Assembly: GCA_013115145.1 (NCBI GenBank) | Contig: JAAPAO010000044.1 | Span: 43,350-107,349 of the forward strand | Source: Perkinsus chesapeaki ATCC PRA-425 | Taxonomy: Eukaryota; Protista; Perkinsozoa | Reading direction: 5' to 3' | DNA length: 64,000 nt | Shown here: in pieces, positions 60,303 to 64,000 of the stretch | Layout: each line of letters opens with the position of its first letter | Numbering within the stretch: position 1 is the first letter of the stretch | The notes under the pieces: generated by a model | What the model was told of the DNA's origin: nothing | What the model saw: the letters and a program-made list of their open reading frames with translations, nothing else | Database searches by the model: none | Position numbers and translations under genes: made by a program

Positions 60303-60981
60303 TTAAAGGAAGTGACGAATACGAGGCGACTCACTTGTCACTAATACATGCAGAGGTGCCCTTGGGTAGTTTCGGTACAGAATCCACCATCTATACAGTC
60401 CTATAACAAGTACATACACATATAATATGGCGCAATGAACGGAGTTCCTTACATCATCGGAGGAGCACTTCAGTGAACAGATCGTGGGGAGACATTCTGC
60501 AGAGCCATTCGGAGGGCTGGGACATGTACGTGCCGTAGTGCATTTATTCCCGCAGACCACCCGCAATCCTCCAGCAGGAAACTAAGTAAAGGCGAAAGCC
60601 GTGTAACTGCCGGTTTCCTGAGGTCACTGGCCTCCGGCAAGACCTCACCATAATGAAGAGAAGTTCCACCGGCTGATTGCATGAGCATCCGATTGAAGTG
60701 TGATCATCATACACGCAATGTCCATTCGGTTTTCGATAACAACCACCTTGAAGACTAGCATTCAAGGCAGAAACCCTACCATCATTAGTAGGAGCTTGTT
60801 CTAAATTAGCGTGTCCAACACTGAAACTAACCGGTATACACCTCATTCCAATCGGAATGGCGTACATGCTCTCGCTCGAGTATTTCTCAACCTCAACCAT
60901 GGGTTGGTCTCCATGTATATGGCCAAATACGATCGGGTTGAAAGCTGCGATAAACATGACTCTCTGGAGGATGGAGTACAT
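60303..60981 (-). CDS. Probable secreted cysteine-rich protein, multi-exon
   Basis: Signal-like start MYSILQRVMFIAAFNPIVFG; Cys-rich exons GGCYRKPNGHCVYDDHTSIGCSCNQP and CGNKCTTARTCPSPPNGSAECLPTICSLKCSSDD. The 3' end is not resolved. Confidence 0.45.
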
Positions 60982-61859
60982 GGTGACGCTTGTTACAACC
61001 ACTGAACTACGAAATGCACTGAACTACTATACCGAGACTTACAATCGTGCATCATCGGAGGAGGACCTCCTCACGAGGGCGGCTGTATACTAGCTAAGAT
61101 GTGGGAGTGCGTGCGTAGCGGAACACTTCGTTGCCCCCAATATCCGAGATATGATCAGGAACTTTTTCGTATTTCTCCCAGGATTTTCGTAACGAGACTC
61201 TTGATTTCTTTACTCGTTCGTAAAGACTCTCTTTTTAAGACAATACAAGGTAACCTCTCTAGATCCATTTGGATAATCTGTTTTCACGTTCTGCCGCACG
61301 CGCGCACGCACTAATTAGGTGCCAGTAAAGTAGAGCGTACGCTCCGCTTGATTCACTGGATCTGCAATTATACGACTGTACGAAACACGGTGGTGCCATG
61401 AAATAAAATATCCTAGGAGGAAATCGCAATACACAAGGGTGGATCGGGACTCTATTCCTAAAATTTCAGTTAGATATTTGAACTGATAAATTGAACGCGA
61501 TAGCTGAGTACTACAGTGTAATTCACAAGGAACGTGAAGTTACTTGCTGCATCACATGCTAGTTGATACACTAGTTATCGAGATATATATATGCTCGATA
61601 CACTTCTAATACAGCAATAGTAACCGACAGTCTTTACATCCGCCGGGGTTCACGAGCATCAGAGAGCAGCGAGAGAGGGTTGGCTGGCTCGCACCCCGCG
61701 CTCCAAACTGAGCTTCAGACGCAGAATTTCCCTGCTTCATCCCGCCATGGCTACAAGAGGACTTTGGCATCTAGCAGTGGGACCCCAATTCACGCGACAG
61801 AAGAGCTAATAGGCTAGCATTACTAGCCGGATGGTGCAAGCGTGGATGGCATCCTTGTG

Positions 61860-62986
61860 TAGGAATATATTGAGTTATTCTCAGCCGCAGTTGCAGCTGA
61901 GCTACAGGGTCAAATACGTGAGGCTAAATGGTACAGCCTAATCTGTGACGAAACCACAGCTACATCAGTGAGCCAACAAGTCTCAGCATGTGTGAGATTT
62001 TGCTCTCCCACGAACTTTACTGTACACGAAGTCTTCATGGCTATGGTGAAGACCGGTAGCAGTACAGCAAATGCATTGAAGGATCATTTGGTATCGTTCC
62101 TCGAGCAAAACGGCCTCTCAATATGTGATCTGCGTGGTCAGGGGTACGACGGATGTTCCACAATGAGTGGATGCACCTCAGGAGTTGCAGTCCAGATGTC
62201 TGCACTACAGCCCCGAGCTAAATATGTGCACTGCTCAGGACACCGGCTCAACCTTACCCTGCAGGATGGTATAAGAAACATTTCGAACAAGGAAAGCCGG
62301 TCAGCCTTTGAGGACGTTCTGGCAACATGCTCCGCATTCTCCTCATTTGTTAGAGACTCTCCAAAACGACTTGCATCGCTCGAGATTTTCTGCAACAAGG
62401 ACGGGTCGAGGGGTAGAAGGTTGAGACCAGTTTGTCCGACGAGATGGGTTCTGAGGGTGGGCGCTCTGCAAGCCCTGACCTCCAACTACAGTAATGGAGA
62501 GCCCTGACTATACGTCTGATATGAGGGGCCGCGCAAGCGCCTTTCTTGGGAAGTTCGAGGACTTCTCATTTTACTTTTGTTTGAGGGTGCTGCTGGCCTT
62601 CTTCGAACAGGCACACCCGACTCATAAATACATCCAAAGCCCCTCAGCTAGCGTTGCAAGTGTTCGGCATGTTTGTTTGGCATAATGCGTCAAGTCCATC
62701 TGATGCGCTCGTGCTAAAGCGAATTTTTCCAACGGTGAGCACGCTCATGAGACTCCTCTTAACCATGCCATCTACCTCTTGTGAGGCAGAGCGTAGCTTC
62801 AGCGCTCTGAGAAGGCTCAAGAGCGCACTACGAACAACCATGAAAGATGAGAGACTAGAGTCACTTCTCCGTTGCCACATTCACCGGGATGTCGTTCATG
62901 GGTTAGACTTGAAAACATTGGCCAACAATTTCATATCAGGAAGTGAGCTTAGGCGCAAACACTTCGCACCTTTTCCGATGTTATAA
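61860..62986 (+). mobile_element. Decayed hAT-superfamily transposase (DUF4371 + hAT dimerisation type)
   Basis: EYIELFS..AKWYSLICDETT (first catalytic D), LRGQGYDGCSTMSG, AKYVHCSGHRLNL (CxxH), PVCPTRW, LLTMPSTSCEAERSFSALRRLKSALRTTMKDERL. Frameshifts near 62500 and 62680, and the central region is shortened. Confidence 0.93.
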
Positions 62987-63500
62987 GAGTTTGTACTCAA
63001 CATCCCTTTCTTCTAATTGATTTTTTCCTTGAGTTGAGAGAGTGAGAAAATACACTGACGATTGAGTAGGACGGATAATTCAACTCCCTCACACAAGGGA
63101 CCCGACTCGGGTCACCCGAGGGGTGTGCCCCCCTGGGTTTCTGGGAGGTTGGGCGCCTATGGTGGATGCAGAGCTGCTGCATGTCGACGATATAAAGCCA
63201 ATGGCTTTAAGCCACCAAATAACACGAGAGGAGTGGTCCTAACAGAGTGATTTTTTGGCGAAGCCAAGAATGTTATTCTGAATGTTTTCAGCTCGAATCA
63301 CCACGGACGCAGATTTGTCGGTTCACCGGTTCGTGAATTTCACCGCCTCCACTTTGAAGGTGGACCACGCTGCAGCTGTGGAGACTATGCAAGAGCCGGG
63401 AAGTGCGCCCATCCCATGTATCTATCCCGCCTGCTTTGGTGTTGACCCTGAAGAGCATATAAAATCATGTCGCATGATCAAGCTTACTATAGGTGACGTG

Positions 63501-63737
63501 TGTAACCGTGACTATATGTAACCGTGACTATGTGTAACCGTGACTATATGTAACCGTGACTATATGTAACCATGACTATATGTAACCGTGACTATATGTA
63601 ACCGTGACTATATGTAACCGTGACTATATGTAACCATGACTATATGTGACGTGACTATATGTAACCGTGACTATATGTAACCGTGACTATATGTAACCGT
63701 GACTATATGTAACCGTGACTATGTGTAACCGTGACTA
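63501..63737. repeat. 16-bp tandem repeat, about 14-15 copies
   Basis: Unit TGTAACCGTGACTATA with minor variants (CATGAC, TATGTG, one 15-nt unit). Confidence 0.97.
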
Positions 63738-64000
63738 CTAATGACGTGACATGTATATTTTTGTGTGGCATTTACTGATTAAGCAGGGAGTGATATGGCA
63801 CTCAATATGATATCATATCATTGATGTGTATTAGTTGATTTACGCCGACATGGCTCGGTTTTTGGAGGCATTCAAATAATTGTCCGCGGACCAACCCGGT
63901 GCGTGGTAACACACTGTGGTAACTGTGTGATGTGTCCTGTGTCCGTAAACCTCTATTATGCCGAAGTTCGGTCGTTGCGCGGGGCGCCGCCGCGCTGTGT

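Noticed and set aside
61400-63140. TIRs for the hAT element (GTGCCCCCCTG near 63125 as a 3' end)
   Set aside because: No complementary 5' terminus or 8-bp TSD found upstream.
42855-63737. Tandem repeats (67, 38, 19, 16 bp) as CRISPR-like arrays
   Set aside because: Units are contiguous with no unique spacers, and no cas-like genes are present.

Overview
Gene-dense, intron-rich eukaryotic DNA with short GT-AG introns and three runs of N (assembly gaps). Gene types and style fit a perkinsid alveolate such as Perkinsus, but that is inference, not a database match. Recognisable genes, left to right: tRNA-Arg(ACG), a VWA8-like AAA+ protein, V-ATPase subunit D, tyrosyl-tRNA synthetase, glutamate-cysteine ligase, a PX-F-box-LRR protein, a subtilisin, an S9 peptidase, two tandem polypeptide GalNAc-transferases, a ZNHIT3-like zf-HIT protein, an IRAK/RLK-like kinase with probable UIM and UBA, PurH/ATIC with an intronic tRNA-Lys(CTT), and a decayed hAT transposase. 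The non-coding DNA holds the most unusual signals. (1) Six dispersed 26-nt tRNA T-arm-to-discriminator relics with chimeric-looking T-stems, at least five antisense to local transcription. (2) At least six perfect 22-nt motifs of the form TSD(1-7)+revcomp(TSD)+TSD(2-8), the shape expected from hairpin-mediated hAT excision at 8-bp target duplications. (3) A complete 601-bp TRIM-like LTR element. (4) A TAA-flanked TIR insertion in a GalNAc-T intron. (5) AT-rich, near-identical tracts shared by otherwise diverged GalNAc-T paralogues. Multi-exon CDS coordinates are outer bounds read by eye; some internal splice sites and termini are uncertain.
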